From Synechococcus elongatus PCC 6301 (GTDB lineage Bacteria > Cyanobacteriota > Cyanobacteriia > Synechococcales > Synechococcaceae), in NCBI RefSeq assembly GCF_000010065.1, contig NC_006576.1:1980001-2012000 (forward strand): a stretch of 32,000 nt of DNA, in the 5' to 3' direction. Within the stretch, counting starts at the first letter, position 1, and every line of letters begins with the position of its first letter. Positions 10,413 through 20,540 of the stretch are shown in pieces. The notes under the pieces were generated by a model, which did no database searches, was not told where the DNA came from, and saw only the letters and a list, made by a program, of their open reading frames with translations. Made by a program: the position numbers and the translations under genes.

Positions 10413-10967
10413 ATGCCTCTGTTCACTTTCCTATCCCCCAAGCTCAGGGACTTCCGTCAATATCTGCGTATCTGGGCCTGGTTTTTCTTGAGTCTTTCCC
10501 TTAGTTTTGGCTCGGCGAAAACGGCGATTGCAGCGGAGCGGGTAACCCTGTTGGCTGGTTCCTGGGCGCGATCGGTCGAGCTAGATGATCTGCGATCGCT
10601 CGCAGTTACTGGACAAGCCTCGGGGTTTTTGCAAGATGCTCTCCGCTATGGCAACCTCCAGCCCAAGACTGTGCAAGCGGCGCTTAATTTCTCAATTCCG
10701 CTCTCACCAGTGCTTGCCGATCGCTTACTCTATTCGCCCCTTGGTAATCTGGCTTTAGATCGCATCGGCCGAATTCTGTCCCCTCGAGTGTCGGGCCAAG
10801 ATGGCCGCCAAGCCTTGCGGGGAGCAATTTTACAGTCAGTAGCCCGCGATAGTCGTTTCACGTTGCTCGAGTTGCTGGATAACTATCCGACCGATGCGCG
10901 CCTCGATTTACTGCAAATTCAACAGTTGCAGCAGGATTTAGCACTGCTCAGTCGGCTCTCATTCTGA
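10413..10967 (+). CDS. exported protein with DUF1400-like domain
   Basis: Signal peptide (RIWAWFFLSLSLSFGSAKTAIAAERV) followed by helical repeats typical of the cyanobacterial domain often found N-terminal to alpha/beta hydrolases; no hydrolase domain follows. Confidence 0.65.
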   Translation: MPLFTFLSPKLRDFRQYLRIWAWFFLSLSLSFGSAKTAIAAERVTLLAGSWARSVELDDLRSLAVTGQASGFLQDALRYGNLQPKTVQAALNFSIPLSPVLADRLLYSPLGNLALDRIGRILSPRVSGQDGRQALRGAILQSVARDSRFTLLELLDNYPTDARLDLLQIQQLQQDLALLSRLSF

Positions 10968-11103
10968 GGCCAATTGGCCTGCTGGCTCAGTGACTACGAT
11001 CGCTATAGTTCTGAGGAGAACGAACAGAGAAAACTCAGTAAAAAAATTCCCCACTGAATAATCAGCAGGGAATTAGTGCATCATTCTAGGGCTTCAGTAC
11101 AGC

Positions 11104-11508
11104 CTACTCTTCGGTATCTTCAGAACCATCTTCCGAGACTTTTTGGAGCTTGATTTGCTTACGTCCAAGGCTGATGGTAAAGGCATCGCCTGGCTTAGCC
11201 CCCATTTTGCGGGTGTAGGCAGCCCCAACGAGTAGATTGCCGTTATCTTGCACGCTCACTCGGAAGCTCGGACTCCGACCCGTACGGCCACGGCCTAACT
11301 TGAGTTCGTTGTCGAGCGTAATCCCCTGGGCTTCCAGCAAGGCGTTGAGGAACTGCAAGGAATTGACTCGCTCACGACCGTTCTTCGTGATCGTCACATA
11401 ACCGCAAGCCCGTGCTTTTTGATCCTTGCTCGCATCTTGGAGCTCACGGACTCGTTGTAGTAATGCTTCACCCGTCAAGGGTTGGTTAGGAATTGCTTTT
11501 TTGGGCAT
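11104..11508 (-). CDS. cyanobacterial AbrB-like transcriptional regulator (cyAbrB)
   Basis: MPKKAIPNQPLTGEALLQRVRELQDASKDQKARACGYVTITKNGRERVNSLQFLNALLEAQG plus C-terminal AbrB-like GRTGRSPSFRVSVQDNGNLLVGAAYTRKMGAKPGDAFTISLGRKQIKL. Confidence 0.88.
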   Translation of the reverse strand: MPKKAIPNQPLTGEALLQRVRELQDASKDQKARACGYVTITKNGRERVNSLQFLNALLEAQGITLDNELKLGRGRTGRSPSFRVSVQDNGNLLVGAAYTRKMGAKPGDAFTISLGRKQIKLQKVSEDGSEDTEE

Positions 11509-12270
11509 AATTGCGATCTCAATCGCTGATCACGACTGTTTGAGATTTTAGACAGAAAATCGAAAAGAATCCATAGTAATCAAGATGAATTTGAAATTCC
11601 TGAAAGTAGATTCATCGCAATTGAAGATTGAGGCTTGACGTTGCGGGCAGCGATCGACAAGTCTCCAATGTAATGTTGGCTTCGTCGGGCTCTTGCGATC
11701 TCATTGAAACTGGTTGAACCTTGTCAGTAGCGGTGGGGACCATGATCGCAGTCACAGCCCTGCAGGGGAATTAGCATTGCTCTGGAAGGGTGAACCCTTG
11801 CACGCTTATTGGGAAGTTGCTCTGCTCCAAGCGATGTCTAAAAGGTCAAGCCGGCAGCTAGATCAGTTTTCTAGAATACCCAACCGGCTTAGTCATACGA
11901 TCTAAAAGCGCAGAACTGTAGAGACTTTTGCTAGTCGATCAGGAGATCAATTCTCCACACAATCGCGATCGTCGCCGTCGATGTAATTCCTGCGGGATGA
12001 TTCCTTGGTCGAAAACCAGCTGATTGAAGACCTCAGAGGACTCAGGGACGATACTGACAAAATAGGGGACTGAGAATAACGGTCCTTTACATTTCTTGTC
12101 GAGGACAGCAGCTGCCTTTGGTTTTTACTCAGCACTCTAAAAGAAAGCTTAGAGCTCGCGATCGCCCTAAGCTCAGGGAATCTAGTCTGATCAATAGAGT
12201 GTGTGCTGATCCTTGGGTCAGCTTCAAGGTGTGAGGAACTGGTTCACCGCCGTCCTATGCGAACAGACCC

Positions 12271-13629
12271 ATGCGCCGGTTACTTCCTCGCTGCTTTTCG
12301 GTTCTCGCGCTGTCCTTGCTCTCATCGCTGACAGCTTCAATTGCGATCGCCCAAACGATTCCTATCCAAAGCCCAGTTCGTCGCCTAGAAGGACAGTTCA
12401 ACACCACTCCCGTCCCCCATTCCAATCAGCCCGAGATCGTGCAGTCCGAGGGAATTCTGATTGATACAGGGCCTGGTTTTGTGCGGGTTACTGGATCAGA
12501 TTTGAATCGCGTACCGCCTCATCTGCAGACGATTGCCAATCCCACCTATGCCTTTAACGGGCCGTTTGGGCTGCATCTGCACCATGTCTATCGCCCCAGT
12601 GACACCACAAAATTCGGTGGCACGCGCGATCGCGGCTTACTCTACGTTGGGGTAATCGCCACGAATTTCAGCGATCGGCCGGTGCGCCTTGGTTTTCAGG
12701 AAGGCAGCCTCAATACCTCCTTTGAAAGTCCTTTCTTTACCCAAACCTTGGGTGTTTTTTCGAACAGTCGCTGGAACTATAAGTCCGGCCCCGGTGATGC
12801 GGCCGCCCTCTCCTTGCTGACCGGCAAACGAGACTGGCGCCTACCCGCTGGACTGGTGCTGCCACCGCGATCGCGCAGTCTACTCTTCTCCCTACCGATC
12901 GCGGCTCGCGGTTCGGCAACCGTGCTGGCACGGGGCGTTAGCGACGGTCCTGTACACCTCGCGGTAGTTGCTACCGATCACAACCCGGATCCTGACGCCT
13001 TTTTCTCAGTACTCGATCGCCGACTGCTGGCCGAGGGCAGAACCTACTTGGCTGATCTGCTCCGGATTCAACAACGTCAAGTTTTCAGTCGCGTCGGGGG
13101 TGTGGCCCAGGGCGATCGCTACGAGGCTAATCTAGAAGCGGATCTGCAACAGCCGCTCCATGTGCCACTGACCACCACGTGGCGGAAACACTTCGGTACC
13201 CAGGAACTGCAGGCCAACTCACTCCTGACTCGGATGCCCGATTCGGCGCTCGAAAACATTGGCACCTACGGTGTGGAATACGTCCTCAACTTCCGCTTAC
13301 GGGGCCAAGGCTTGCAGCGTTTGTTGTTCAGCACACTGCCGGAGCCCAAGGATTTTCTGGCCTTCCGGGGGACGCTCCGCATTGATTTTCAAGGGCAGAC
13401 TGACTATGTCCATCTCAGTCAGCGATCAGGTAGTACTGATACCCTCTATCAGTTCCAGATGCCGCCGTCTGGCCAAGCCGATCTGCGGGTGAGCCTGGTC
13501 TATCCGCCGGATTCGACCCCCGGGCACTTGCTCAGCATTGTGCCCGAGGTTGAGTACGCCCGCTTGCTGCCCAGTCCCTTACCCATTAGCCCAGCCCTCA
13601 GTTCTCAACGGCTCCTGTCGTTCCCCTAA
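12271..13629 (+). CDS. exported conserved cyanobacterial protein (DUF3370-like)
   Basis: 452 aa with signal peptide; HHVYRPSDTTKFGGTRDRGLLYVGVIATNFSDRPVRLGFQEG resembles the DUF3370 family. Confidence 0.75.
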   Translation: MRRLLPRCFSVLALSLLSSLTASIAIAQTIPIQSPVRRLEGQFNTTPVPHSNQPEIVQSEGILIDTGPGFVRVTGSDLNRVPPHLQTIANPTYAFNGPFGLHLHHVYRPSDTTKFGGTRDRGLLYVGVIATNFSDRPVRLGFQEGSLNTSFESPFFTQTLGVFSNSRWNYKSGPGDAAALSLLTGKRDWRLPAGLVLPPRSRSLLFSLPIAARGSATVLARGVSDGPVHLAVVATDHNPDPDAFFSVLDRRLLAEGRTYLADLLRIQQRQVFSRVGGVAQGDRYEANLEADLQQPLHVPLTTTWRKHFGTQELQANSLLTRMPDSALENIGTYGVEYVLNFRLRGQGLQRLLFSTLPEPKDFLAFRGTLRIDFQGQTDYVHLSQRSGSTDTLYQFQMPPSGQADLRVSLVYPPDSTPGHLLSIVPEVEYARLLPSPLPISPALSSQRLLSFP

Positions 13630-13728
13630 GGCGCGATCGCAAGGGGTTGTCTGCCGGTACCGCACGGCTCGCGTTGTCGGTGCCTGCCGCTAGAAAGCAA
13701 TCGGGAGATACTGGAGGCTATGCTGTGA

Positions 13729-14883
13729 TTGCCCTTGGAGCTGACTGTGCAGCTGACAAAAGGATTTGAAGTTGAAGTCTACACAGGTACGCCGTCTGGG
13801 CAAGTTGTCGGACTTTCCGATCGCATCTGTAGCGATTTGCAGGGTTTTATGCGGGAACCCGACAGCCGTAATGTCGAATACACCACGCCGCCACGACCCT
13901 GCTATGACCGACTGCTCTTAGATCTTTTGGAACCGCGGCGTCGCCTGCGTGCCTATCTCCAGCAGCAGGGCGGCTACACGCTCATTCCGGGCAGTACGCT
14001 GGCGCTCTCTGGGGGCGATCACTTCTACCGCTCGGATCCCACCAATCCCTACCACGACTTCATCGAAAGGTCCTACGGCACTACGGTCGTCACCGCCAGT
14101 ATTCACATCAACATTGGCCTGAGCGATCCAGAAACTATTCTCAAAGCCTGTCGATTGGTTCGGCTCGAAGCCCCGCTTTATCTGGCGCTCAGTGCTTCTT
14201 CACCCTTCCTCGATGGCCAAGTCACGGGTTCCCACTCAACGCGCTGGCAGCTGTTCCCGAAAACACCGCCGGAAGTGCCGCTGTTTGAAAGCCACGCTCA
14301 TTTCATTCGCTGGACGGAAGCGCAGTTAGCGGCGGGCAGCATGCAAAATGTTCGCCATCTCTGGAGTTCGGTGCGCCCCAATGGCGATCGCCATCCCTAC
14401 AAGATCAACCGACTGGAACTGCGGATCTGCGATTTAGTTGCCAATCCCTTGGATCTCCTGGCGATTACAGCTCTGCTAGAAGCTCGGCTGCAGCAGCTGT
14501 TGGAACAGCCGCAACTCGACCCCCTGATTGCCAGCCGGCTGACGCCTGATGAATTGGTGCAACTGAGTGATGCCAATGAGGTAGCAGCAGCCCGCCACAG
14601 CCTCGATGCCGATCTGCAGCACTGGCAAGATGGCCGCACGATCGCGGCTCGCGACTGGATTGAAACGCTCTATGAGACAGTGTTCCCCCTGGCTAAAACT
14701 CGGGGTTATAGCTGTTTCTTGCTGCCGATTCAGCGTCTTTTGCAGGACGGTAATCTTGCCCAGCAGTGGTTGCGGCAGGTTGCTGCCGGAGCAACCCCAG
14801 AAGCTGCTATGGTCCAGGCGATCGCAGCGACGGCGGCCGAAGAACAGGAACTCGCCGATAAACTCTACGGGGTTGCCTGTTAA
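13729..14883 (+). CDS. gshA: glutamate--cysteine ligase, cyanobacterial type
   Basis: FEVEVYTGTPSGQVVGLSD, REPDSRNVEYTTPP, GSTLALSGGDHFYRSDPTNPYHDFIERSYGTTVVTASIHINIG; TTG start directly after an in-frame stop, GGAGG around 13712. Confidence 0.88.
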   Translation: MPLELTVQLTKGFEVEVYTGTPSGQVVGLSDRICSDLQGFMREPDSRNVEYTTPPRPCYDRLLLDLLEPRRRLRAYLQQQGGYTLIPGSTLALSGGDHFYRSDPTNPYHDFIERSYGTTVVTASIHINIGLSDPETILKACRLVRLEAPLYLALSASSPFLDGQVTGSHSTRWQLFPKTPPEVPLFESHAHFIRWTEAQLAAGSMQNVRHLWSSVRPNGDRHPYKINRLELRICDLVANPLDLLAITALLEARLQQLLEQPQLDPLIASRLTPDELVQLSDANEVAAARHSLDADLQHWQDGRTIAARDWIETLYETVFPLAKTRGYSCFLLPIQRLLQDGNLAQQWLRQVAAGATPEAAMVQAIAATAAEEQELADKLYGVAC

Positions 14884-14939
14884 GCCCAGTCTCTGCTGAG
14901 GCAGCGGTGTCCGTTCCTCCTGGGTCTCCTTGAGATCGT

Positions 14940-17900
14940 ATGCTCGCTGTATCTCTCAGGGATCACGGCTTCCCGTCAGCAACTGTCCAGATCCGCCCTG
15001 CGTTCTGTGTCCAGTCAGACGTGGTGGGATCAGGGAATCCACCTAGAATGAATTACTGCCAGAACGCTCGAACTGCCATGAGTGCTGCTCTCCAGTCATC
15101 CGACGATGCTTTCCGAACCGTTTCGAGTCCCCTCGCCACGGATTTGGATCTGTCGTCTCCGCTGGAGTTTTTCCTTCGCCATCGCTTGACGGTGGTTGAA
15201 GAACTCTGGGAAGTGGTTTTGCGCCAAGAGTGCGGCCAAGAGCTGGTCGATATTCTGACTCAGCTGCGTGACTTGACCTCGCCGGAAGGCCAAGCCCCAG
15301 AAGTGGGCGGCGAAGCCTTGGTTCAGGTGATTGAAACCCTAGAGTTGAGCGATGCGATTCGGGCTGCCCGTGCCTTTGCGCTCTACTTTCAGCTGATCAA
15401 TATTGTTGAGCAGCACTACGAGCAAACTCAATATCAACTCGCCTACGAGCGATCGCGGTTGGAACCCTTGCCAGGACCAGATGAAAGTCCGGAGGGATTG
15501 CACACCATTGAAATTCCTCAGCATCAGCTCGATCCCTTTGCTGCGGTGATTCCGCTCAACCAAGATCCGGCAACCTTCCAAACGCTGTTCCCGCGCCTGC
15601 GCCAGCTCAATGTGCCGCCGCAAATGATCCAAGAGCTGACCGATCGCCTCGATATTCGGCTGGTTTTCACCGCTCACCCGACGGAAATTGTCCGCCACAC
15701 GATTCGCGACAAACAACGCCGAATTGCCTACCTGCTGCGGCAACTGGATGAGCTCGAAACAGGCAAAAACCGAGGCTTTCGAGAGCTTGAAGCGCAGAAT
15801 ATTCGTCAGCAGCTGACCGAGGAGATTCGGCTCTGGTGGCGGACGGATGAGCTCCACCAGTTCAAGCCAACGGTGTTGGATGAGGTGGACTACGCGCTCC
15901 ACTACTTCCAAGAAGTCCTCTTTGAGGCCATTCCTCTGCTCTATCAGCGCTTTCGGCTCGCGCTGCAGGGGACTTTCCCCGACCTACAACCGCCCCGCTA
16001 CAACTTCTGCCAGTTCGGCTCTTGGGTCGGCTCCGATCGCGATGGCAATCCTTCAGTGACCTCTGCCGTCACTTGGCAAACCGCTTGCTATCAGCGCAGT
16101 CTCGTCCTCGATCGCTACATCACAGCGGTTGAACATCTCCGCAATGTGCTCAGCCTCTCGATGCACTGGAGCGAGGTGCTGCCGGAGTTGCTCAGCTCGT
16201 TGGAACAGGAGAGCATGCTCTTCCCGGAGACCTATGAGCAGCTAGCGGTCCGCTATCGCCAAGAGCCCTATCGCCTCAAGCTCTCCTATATTCTGGAGCG
16301 CCTGCACAACACCCGCGATCGCAATACCCGCCTCCAACAGCAGCAAGAAAAAGATCCCACCACGCCCCTGCCCGAATATCGGGATGGCACCCTCTACCAG
16401 GCTGGTACGGCCTTTCTCGAAGATCTCAAGCTGATTCAGCACAACCTTAAGCAGACGGGACTGAGCTGTTACGAGCTAGAGAAGTTGATCTGCCAGGTCG
16501 AGATCTTTGGTTTCAACCTGGTCCATCTCGACATTCGCCAAGAAAGCTCGCGCCATTCCGACGCGATCAACGAAATCTGTGAATACCTCCAAATTCTTCC
16601 CCAGCCCTACAACGAGCTGAGCGAAGCAGAACGAACTGCCTGGCTGGTTCAAGAGCTGAAAACCCGTCGGCCGCTGGTACCAGCGCGCATGCCGTTCTCA
16701 GAATCGACCCGCGAGATCATTGAAACCCTGCGGATGGTCAAGCAGCTACAGGAAGAATTTGGGGAGGCGGCTTGCCAAACCTACATCATCAGCATGAGCC
16801 GCGAGCTGAGCGACCTGCTGGAAGTGCTGCTGCTGGCCAAGGAGGTTGGTCTCTACGACCCAGTCACCGGCAAGAGTTCGCTTCAGGTGATTCCGCTGTT
16901 TGAAACTGTGGAGGACTTACAAAATGCCCCGCGGGTGATGACGGCGCTGTTTGAGCTGCCCTTCTACACCCAGCTCAACCCCACCCAGTCTGAACCGCTG
17001 CAGGAAGTGATGCTGGGGTATTCCGACAGTAACAAGGACTCGGGCTTCCTCAGCAGTAACTGGGAGATCCACAAGGCCCAGAAAGCCCTAGGGACGGTAG
17101 CCCGCGACCACCGCGTCAAGCTGCGGATCTTCCACGGCCGCGGGGGCTCCGTCGGTCGAGGTGGTGGCCCTGCCTACGAGGCGATCTTGGCCCAGCCGGG
17201 TCGCACCACAGATGGCCGAATCAAGATTACGGAACAGGGCGAGGTCTTGGCTTCGAAATACGCCCTGCCCGAACTGGCGCTCTATAACCTTGAGACGATC
17301 ACGACGGCGGTGATTCAGTCCAGCCTGCTGGGTAGCGGCTTTGATGACATTGAGCCGTGGAACCAAATTATGGAAGAGTTGGCGGCGCGATCGCGGCGAC
17401 ATTACCGCGCTTTGGTGTACGAGCAGCCCGACCTGGTTGACTTCTTCAATCAGGTAACGCCGATTGAGGAGATCAGCAAACTGCAAATCAGCTCGCGACC
17501 GGCTCGACGCAAAACCGGCAAGCGCGATCTGGGCAGTCTACGTGCCATCCCCTGGGTCTTTAGCTGGACGCAGAGTCGTTTTCTGCTGCCCTCTTGGTAT
17601 GGCGTCGGCACAGCACTTCAGGAGTTTTTGCAGGAGCGCCCGGAGCAGAACCTCAACCTGCTGCGCTACTTCTACGAGAAGTGGCCGTTCTTCCGCATGG
17701 TGATCTCGAAGGTCGAGATGACCCTAGCGAAGGTCGATTTGCAGATTGCTCATCACTACGTGCATGAGCTGGCCAATCCTGAGGATCAAGAGCGGTTTGA
17801 ACGAGTGTTCAGCCAAATCGCTGCAGAGTTTCAGCTGACTTGTCATCTCGTGTTGACGATTACCAACCACGGTCGCTTGCTGGATGGCGACCCCGAACTG

Positions 17901-18101
17901 CAGCGATCGGTGCAGCTGCGCAACGGTACGATCGTGCCCCTCGGCTTCTTGCAAGTCGCCCTGCTTAAACGCCTGCGGCAGTATCGCCAGCAAACGGAAA
18001 CGACGGGATTGATGCGATCGCGCTATAGCAAAGGGGAACTGCTGCGCGGAGCATTGCTGACGATCAACGGCATTGCGGCTGGCATGCGCAATACAGGTTG
18101 A
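14940..18101 (+). CDS. ppc: phosphoenolpyruvate carboxylase
   Basis: 1053 aa; [108 protein letters not shown]-terminal MRNTG. Confidence 0.98.
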   Translation: MLAVSLRDHGFPSATVQIRPAFCVQSDVVGSGNPPRMNYCQNARTAMSAALQSSDDAFRTVSSPLATDLDLSSPLEFFLRHRLTVVEELWEVVLRQECGQELVDILTQLRDLTSPEGQAPEVGGEALVQVIETLELSDAIRAARAFALYFQLINIVEQHYEQTQYQLAYERSRLEPLPGPDESPEGLHTIEIPQHQLDPFAAVIPLNQDPATFQTLFPRLRQLNVPPQMIQELTDRLDIRLVFTAHPTEIVRHTIRDKQRRIAYLLRQLDELETGKNRGFRELEAQNIRQQLTEEIRLWWRTDELHQFKPTVLDEVDYALHYFQEVLFEAIPLLYQRFRLALQGTFPDLQPPRYNFCQFGSWVGSDRDGNPSVTSAVTWQTACYQRSLVLDRYITAVEHLRNVLSLSMHWSEVLPELLSSLEQESMLFPETYEQLAVRYRQEPYRLKLSYILERLHNTRDRNTRLQQQQEKDPTTPLPEYRDGTLYQAGTAFLEDLKLIQHNLKQTGLSCYELEKLICQVEIFGFNLVHLDIRQESSRHSDAINEICEYLQILPQPYNELSEAERTAWLVQELKTRRPLVPARMPFSESTREIIETLRMVKQLQEEFGEAACQTYIISMSRELSDLLEVLLLAKEVGLYDPVTGKSSLQVIPLFETVEDLQNAPRVMTALFELPFYTQLNPTQSEPLQEVMLGYSDSNKDSGFLSSNWEIHKAQKALGTVARDHRVKLRIFHGRGGSVGRGGGPAYEAILAQPGRTTDGRIKITEQGEVLASKYALPELALYNLETITTAVIQSSLLGSGFDDIEPWNQIMEELAARSRRHYRALVYEQPDLVDFFNQVTPIEEISKLQISSRPARRKTGKRDLGSLRAIPWVFSWTQSRFLLPSWYGVGTALQEFLQERPEQNLNLLRYFYEKWPFFRMVISKVEMTLAKVDLQIAHHYVHELANPEDQERFERVFSQIAAEFQLTCHLVLTITNHGRLLDGDPELQRSVQLRNGTIVPLGFLQVALLKRLRQYRQQTETTGLMRSRYSKGELLRGALLTINGIAAGMRNTG

Positions 18102-18108
18102 GGGGCGA

Positions 18109-18693
18109 ATGACGCAAAATCCTTTGGTGCGCGATCGCAGTCGGCTGGTGCGAGTGCGGGTTGCGGTTGGCGAGGTTACTGGCGATGAACTCAATCAGCT
18201 GCTGGTGCTGTGCGATCAGCCCCGCCGCAATCTGCAAAAGTGGGCGATCGCTCTGGACCATACCTTTGTCTGTGTCACGGCTCGCCTGCTCAGCGATCGC
18301 ACCCTCATCGGTTTTGTGCGTGCCACCAGTGATGAGTCGCTCAACGCCACCATCTGGGATCTGCTGGTCGATCCACTTTTGCCAGAGCCAGAAAATGTGC
18401 GACAACGCCTGCTCGATATTCTGCTGCGAGAGCTAAAGCGCGAGATTCCTGGTTGCAGTGTTTCGGTGTTCGCGCCCGTTCCCGAACAACCGGCCCTGCG
18501 CGCGCTCAACTTTGTGCCGGATCCGGGCGGGATTCGCGGCATGACCTATACAGGCTCGCAACAGCTCGAGCTGAGCGATGCCAACTCGTCGGATTCAGCA
18601 ATTGTGACTGTGGGCCAGCCGCGATCTGTCTCTGAAGGGTCTCTAACGAGCATGGAGGGATTCGAACCCCCGACTCTCAGAACCGGAATCTGA
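18109..18693 (+). CDS. divergent GNAT-family acetyltransferase-like protein
   Basis: MTQNPLVRDRSRLVRVRVAVGEV... with GFVRATSDESLNATIWDLLVDPL characteristic of Ycf52-like GNATs; C-terminus reads into the opposite-strand tRNA-Arg. Confidence 0.72.
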   Translation: MTQNPLVRDRSRLVRVRVAVGEVTGDELNQLLVLCDQPRRNLQKWAIALDHTFVCVTARLLSDRTLIGFVRATSDESLNATIWDLLVDPLLPEPENVRQRLLDILLRELKREIPGCSVSVFAPVPEQPALRALNFVPDPGGIRGMTYTGSQQLELSDANSSDSAIVTVGQPRSVSEGSLTSMEGFEPPTLRTGI

Positions 18694-18719
18694 TGCTCTA
18701 TCCACTGAGCTACATGCCC
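18647..18719 (-). tRNA. tRNA-Arg(CCG)
   Basis: Minus strand: GGGCATG acceptor, TAGCTCAGTGGATAGAGCA D-arm, CAGA TTCCGGT TCTG anticodon arm (CCG), GGGGGTTCGAATCCCTC T-arm, CATGCTC 3' acceptor, discriminator G; 73 nt. Confidence 0.95.
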
Positions 18720-18789
18720 TTGCCTCCCAAATCATAGCATTGAGGCTGCTCTGCTAAGCTGTCTGGGCCTTGGCAGCACTGCGATCGCG

Positions 18790-19953
18790 ATGTTTTTGCA
18801 TAGCCTTCACCTTCAACACTTTCGCAACTATCGCGATCAAACGGTGCAGTTCCAAGCTCCAAAGACAATCCTGCTCGGCGAAAACGCCCAGGGCAAAACC
18901 AATCTGCTGGAAGCCGTTGAACTGTTCTCAACCCTGCGATCGCATCGGGTCAGTCGCGATCGCGATTTGGTTCAGACCGGAGCTGAGTCAGCGCTTCTAA
19001 CAGCGGTTGTTGAGCGCGACAGCGGCGAGCAACAGTTGCAAATTCAGCTTCAACAACAAGGTCGGCGGCGGGTTCAGCGAGATGGCGAAGTCCTACGGCG
19101 ACAGCTTGATCTGCTGGGCTCGCTCTGCAGCGTTCAATTTTCCTCCCTTGACCTGGACTTGGTACGAGGGGGGCCCCAGCAACGCCGTGTCTGGCTCGAT
19201 CGCCTGCTGATTCAACTCCAGCCGATCTATGCCCATCTGCAACAGCAATACGGGCGCGTGTTGCGGCAGCGCAATGCCCTGCTGAGGCGGGCAGAGTCTC
19301 TCGATCTGGCACTGCTGGCGCCACTCAACTGGCAACTAGCTCAGCTCGGTGTCCACATCATGCGGCGGCGATCGCGAGCAATTCAACGCCTTGTGCCCTT
19401 GGCTGCCCATTGGCACAGGGAAATTAGTGGTCAACGGGAGCAACTGATCGTGGCCTATCAGCCCAGTGTGCTGGCCCCCGACGACACCGATGAGGCGATC
19501 GCGTGGCAAGAACGAATGCTGGCGCAGATCGAGGCTCGGCGGGCGGCGGAATTAGGTCAACGCACCAGTCTGGTTGGCCCCCATCGTGATGACCTCAATC
19601 TCAGCATCAACGGTACTGAAGCCCGGCTTCAAGCATCCCAAGGGCAGCAGCGCACCTTAGTGCTGTCGCTCAAGTTGGCGGAGCTGGAGTTGATCGAAGC
19701 AGTATTGGGCGAGCCGCCCCTGCTGTTGCTGGATGATGTCTTAGCAGAACTGGACCTTCGGCGACAGCAACAATTACTAGAAGCGATCGCCAACCGTTTT
19801 CAGACGCTGATTACAACCACGCATCTTTCGGCCTTTGACCAAAGCTGGGTGGAGACCGCTCAAATCCTTACGGTGCAGTCGGGTCATTTGCAGTCTGAAG
19901 CGGTGCCGATGGCCCCAAGCAGCGCGTCCCTGCATAAGTCCCTGGATAGTTAA
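18790..19953 (+). CDS. recF: DNA replication/repair protein RecF
   Basis: [91 protein letters not shown]. Confidence 0.96.
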
Positions 19954-20188
19954 GACGCCGTTCGAGACAGGAGAAAACCTGGCTCAGAGCCTGTGCTTCG
20001 CGGCTGAGTTGATAGGACCAGATCACAAGCCCCAGCTGCAGCACCCCCAACAGGCCAACACTCCAGCGCAATCTGGCTAGACGGCTAGGAGCCGGCCGCG
20101 CAAGGCTGAGGCGACGTCGGGGGGATCGCGCCGGTTGTGGACGGGGAGCGCTGGCCAAACGCCGCGGCGGTCGCGATCGCGTTTTCAT
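19868..20188 (-). CDS. small basic membrane protein, hypothetical
   Basis: 106 aa with Arg-rich N-terminus and one hydrophobic helix ([18 protein letters not shown]); its start overlaps the upstream ORF stop as ATGA. Confidence 0.4.
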
Positions 20189-20370
20189 GCGGGGCGTTGG
20201 GGCAGATGGGTCAGCGAGCTTGATGGTTGAGCACTAGGCGTCGATCGCTGCCAAACCCACCAACCACCGCCCAAAATCACTGCGGCTACGAGGAGGCCGA
20301 GCAGCAGTTCTCCCACAGTCAATCCTTGGGTTGATCGCGATCGAAAAGACAGAGGAGGGAGGCGCATCAC
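20185..20370 (-). CDS. very small prepilin-like protein (61 aa)
   Basis: MMRLPPLSFRSRSTQG/LTVGELLLGLLVAAVILGGGWWVWQ: short basic leader, Gly, Glu at +5, then a long hydrophobic stretch; ATGA coupling to the next ORF. Confidence 0.45.
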   Translation of the reverse strand: MMRLPPLSFRSRSTQGLTVGELLLGLLVAAVILGGGWWVWQRSTPSAQPSSSLTHLPQRPA

Positions 20371-20540
20371 AGTTTGCTAGGGCAACCGTCGCAGCCATTA
20401 AACCACGGGGATTGCGATCGCAGTCAAACCAAGGCTGCCCCTAGCATTCGCGCGATTTCAGAGATCCCCTATGATGAGAGACCGAAGACCTGTTGGCCCT
20501 GCCAATAGGCCTTTTCACTAGCACAGGAGTTGTGTGTCCG

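Noticed and set aside
11714-12135. Two ORFs of about 63 aa in the gap upstream of cyAbrB
   Set aside because: No ribosome-binding site noticed, no domain, and composition looks like random translation; the interval is reported only as an unexplained non-coding stretch.
14940-15057. Possible downstream start for ppc ([15 protein letters not shown])
   Set aside because: The first ATG at 14940 gives a 1053-aa product matching the length I recall for the known enzyme; the shorter start cannot be preferred from sequence alone.
15096-18194. Several long minus-strand ORFs (e.g. 15339..15911, 17088..17486, 17724..18194) opposite ppc
   Set aside because: They mirror a strongly conserved PEP carboxylase frame; their sequences are low-complexity antisense translations with no recognisable domain.
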